The position numbers and the translations under genes are program-made. A stretch of DNA of 63,387 nt, filler included, from Phoronis australis (Eukaryota; Animalia; Phoronida): the NCBI GenBank assembly GCA_002633005.1. It is 8 parts of 8 records of this genome, joined end to end, with 100 filler letters (N's around TTAATTAATTAA, not from the genome) between each part and the next. Parts side by side here need not be neighbours in the genome. Positions count along the whole stretch, not along the records: positions 59,464 to 63,387 come from NMRA01002769.1; 7 more parts are not named here. One strand, written 5' to 3'. Position 1 is the first letter of the stretch; each line of letters begins with the position of its first letter. Below the pieces are notes generated by a model, which saw only the letters and a program-made list of their open reading frames with translations, was not told the DNA's origin and ran no database searches. Shown piece by piece: positions 60,355-63,387 of this stretch.

Positions 60355-63222
60355 AATAATTCAACATAAATCACACAGTATACCATGCTCACTCAAGTAC
60401 TGAAGGTCCTCTTCATTCAAGTTTTCATCTGGGAAGGTTGGATGAAAACAGAGAAGATGGCAATATCGATTACAGTTGTATCACCTTATATAAATGTTAC
60501 CGTTCTCCAACNNNNNNNNNNNNNNNNNNNNNNNNNNNNNNNNNNNNNNNNNNNNNNNNNNNNNNNNNNNNNNNNNNNNNNNNNNNNNNNNNNNNNNNNN
60601 NNNNNNNNNNNNNNNNNNNNNNNNNNNNNNNNNNNNNNNNNNNNNNNNNNNNNNNNNNNNNNNNNNNNNNNNNNNNNNNNNNNNNNNNNNNNNNNNNNNN
60701 NNNNNNNNNNNNNNNNNNNNNNNNNNNNNNNNNNNNNNNNNNNNNNNNNNNNNNNNNNNNNNNNNNNNNNNNNNNNNNNNNNNNNNNNNNNNNNNNNNNN
60801 NNNNNNNNNNNNNNNNNNNNNNNNNNNNNNNNNNNNNNNNNNNNNNNNNNNNNNNNNNNNNNNNNNNNNNNNNNNNNNNNNNNNNNNNNNNNNNNNNNNN
60901 NNNNNNNNNNNNNNNNNNNNNNNNNNNNNNNNNNNNNNNNNNNNNNNNNNNNNNNNNNNNNNNNNNNNNNNNNNNNNNNNNNNNNNNNNNNNNNNNNNNN
61001 NNNNNNNNNNNNNNNNNNNNNNNNNNNNNNNNNNNNNNNNNNNNNNNNNNNNNNNNNNNNNNNNNNNNNNNNNNNNNNNNNNNNNNNNNNNNNNNNNNNN
61101 NNNNNNNNNNGTGCACATATGCACTGTAGCAAGACTTTGTATCTTATTCTTATTTGGCCAATCTGTTGATACAGTAAATTTCTTTATTTATGCCCATCCT
61201 GATTTAACTGCAACTTGAGCTTGTTGGGGTCTATCATATATGGCCAATGGGTTGGCATTGGGACCCACATGGTGCTTACTCGAATGGGCTTCATTTTACC
61301 AACTATATCAAATTGTGTAGATGAAGTAAATAAACAAAGTGGGTGGTTATCATCACCGGAATTTCATCATTAGAATATTTTGCCGGGTGCTAAAATTTTC
61401 TGAGACTAGGGATTGCCAGATTTGTAAGGTAGAAGTGTTTCGCTGGATTTCCAGGTCTCTGGCGTTATTTATACTGGACCAAAATTTAAATCAGGAGCTG
61501 CATGATACACGTTTTACCAGACGCGTGCAGGCAGTGCATGTGGGCCCATTGCACTGATCACTTGGAACATTTTTATGGTTTATTAATATATAGTTAAACC
61601 AAACTGAGGAGCTTGAAACCTGATTCACGGCAATTTTCGGCAGTGGGGATTTTCTCAGTGAAAAATGCTCGTAAGTTAACAACAAAGTTTGATAGCAATG
61701 CACTGTACTTTTGTAGACACTCTGGTTTAGGTTACAGATGCGTCACAGAGCGTAAATTTGATGAATTCTAGCTTACGATTTCACCTGTTTCGGAGACCGG
61801 GTTTCAACCACTTTTGAGCTATAATAAGCGCCCCCCCCTTCCTGAAGCGGATTTTTCAAAGCGCCCTGACCGCTTATTAGGGCGAAAACGGTAATATTTC
61901 AGAAGGGCAATACTTAGTATCCTTTATGCACGGGACCCTTTTGTTACATTGGGAGTGGGATTGGTTCATTATGTACTCTACAGGTGGCATAGGACTTTAC
62001 AAAACTGGTTGAAGAATTATTTTGTTTTCGTCATAAACGTTCGTTTGAAAGGCTTAAGTTTGGAAATGTTAGGACTTAAGACGGAAATTTAAAAACCATG
62101 TGTCAGCTTACAAAATTTTAACATTGAAGAATAAAAACAACATTCACACCCATCTGGTGTTCCTGTTCTATGTTTTCAAAGAAGTTGGTTGCATTTTCAT
62201 AGACTGCAGTCCAGAGATTTTGTGCGGCATTTTTTCAACATGAAATGAGTGTGTAACCTGCTGTTGAATTGCAAGATAGATTTTGACTGGTCCAGGTGCT
62301 TATTTATGAAGTATTAATGTAATCTTTATTTATGTTAAAGGTTTTACCAGCGTTCTATTTATTTGTACACGAATGTGAATGTGTTGAAATCGCTGATCCA
62401 AATCCTGGCCAAATGTGCGCATTCTGCTGAGACCAACCGTCTGATCAGGGCCAGCGAAGAGTAATTTGGTTAATTCGCACACTAGGCTATAGCTGAACTT
62501 CCTCGTAAGGACAGGAGTTTACGAGTCACTACCTTTGGAAGAAATTTAGCGAATAATTTTCATCAAAAAGTTTACCAGATAGTTTTCATCAAAACGGAGA
62601 AAATAAATGGATTTGTGAAGACAGGATTAAGACTAAGTAGTAGAGTCTCTTAAAAACCTTCATCTTCGAAGTGCCTTGAACAAATGTATAAAGTCTTATT
62701 GCTGAAACAACTGCCATTCACGTTGACAAAAGGAGTAAGGTTTTCTTCCCACAGCCGATTATGGGGTCTTCAGATGGTATGGAGGCTAATTCCTTTGCAT
62801 TTCGCGTGTGTGGCCGAACAACCGGCCACACAGTAGCCGACCATGATTAGCAGACGACGTACTTGCGGGAAATTGCACCAGATAATTTAGCCAGATGTCG
62901 CCAGTGAATAATGACGTAAGGGCTTGTGCGTAAGGTCACAGATTTCGTCCATTGAAAGTATACGGAGTTGGCGGTCCATGTACTATAGTCTATGGTGGGA
63001 CTGCTAATTTGACAATGCAAATATCGCCATGCTGGGGGATGGTGTTAGTTCTAAAATTTGACCAAAAGTATGATTTTTAAAGTCTGACTTTCAGTAAGCC
63101 TACATCAAATTTATTTCTAAAAGCTCTGAACCAAAGGACTTCTTTGGCACATTACGTACATAAGTATTCAAGACTTGTGTTTCAAATTTTGCTCTTTTTT
63201 TCTAGTCTGTGTGTTATTCCAG

Positions 63223-63387
63223 GTGCCAACATAGTACTTGAAGATAATCAGGGGAGACAACCAGCTCATTTGGCAGCCATGAGAAATCACCCACGAGTTC
63301 TTGAATGTCTTTTTGAAAGAGCTGTTGATCTCGACTGCACAGATGATATTGGCAAACTTCCTTTACATCTTGCTGCATTTCATGGCG
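63223..63387 (+). CDS. Ankyrin-repeat protein exon (runs to or beyond the window end)
   Basis: Acceptor ttattccag|; translation GANIVLEDNQGRQPAHLAAMRNHPRVLECLFERAVDLDCTDDIGKLPLHLAAFHG contains ankyrin repeat consensus twice. Confidence 0.85.

Noticed and set aside
60385-61218. Long ORFs of 211-277 aa
   Set aside because: Artefacts of reading through an N gap.

Overview
Eukaryotic, intron-containing DNA from an invertebrate animal, probably a marine lophotrochozoan (inferred from gene content; species not identifiable here). It is not one contiguous locus: seven 100-nt N44-TTAATTAATTAA-N44 linkers split it into eight segments (1-26763, 26864-32850, 32951-40439, 40540-48809, 48910-52293, 52394-56584, 56685-59363, 59464-63387), and there are two plain N gaps. 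Host genes: the 3' five exons of a FACIT-like collagen (+), SMIM15 (-), an intronless DEG/ENaC channel with FaNaC-like features (-), a secreted MACPF protein (-, truncated), a two-exon HxxxDG condensation/acyltransferase-fold gene (+), six exons of a PLEKHH1/2 (MAX-1) ortholog (-) and an ankyrin-repeat exon (+). Mobile DNA is abundant: a near-intact Ngaro/DIRS-type tyrosine-recombinase retrotransposon, two Gypsy relics (one with a helix-hairpin-helix-tipped gag), two Penelope-like relics, an L1/Tx1 endonuclease relic, THAP relics and several MITE families with visible target-site duplications. Best second-look signals: a set of minimal hammerhead-ribozyme motifs, a 401-bp fold-back insertion with hammerhead-like arms and a perfect 13-bp TSD, and two tandem histone 3' stem-loops with no visible histone gene. 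All homology calls come from motif recognition and recalled family sequences, not from database searches.
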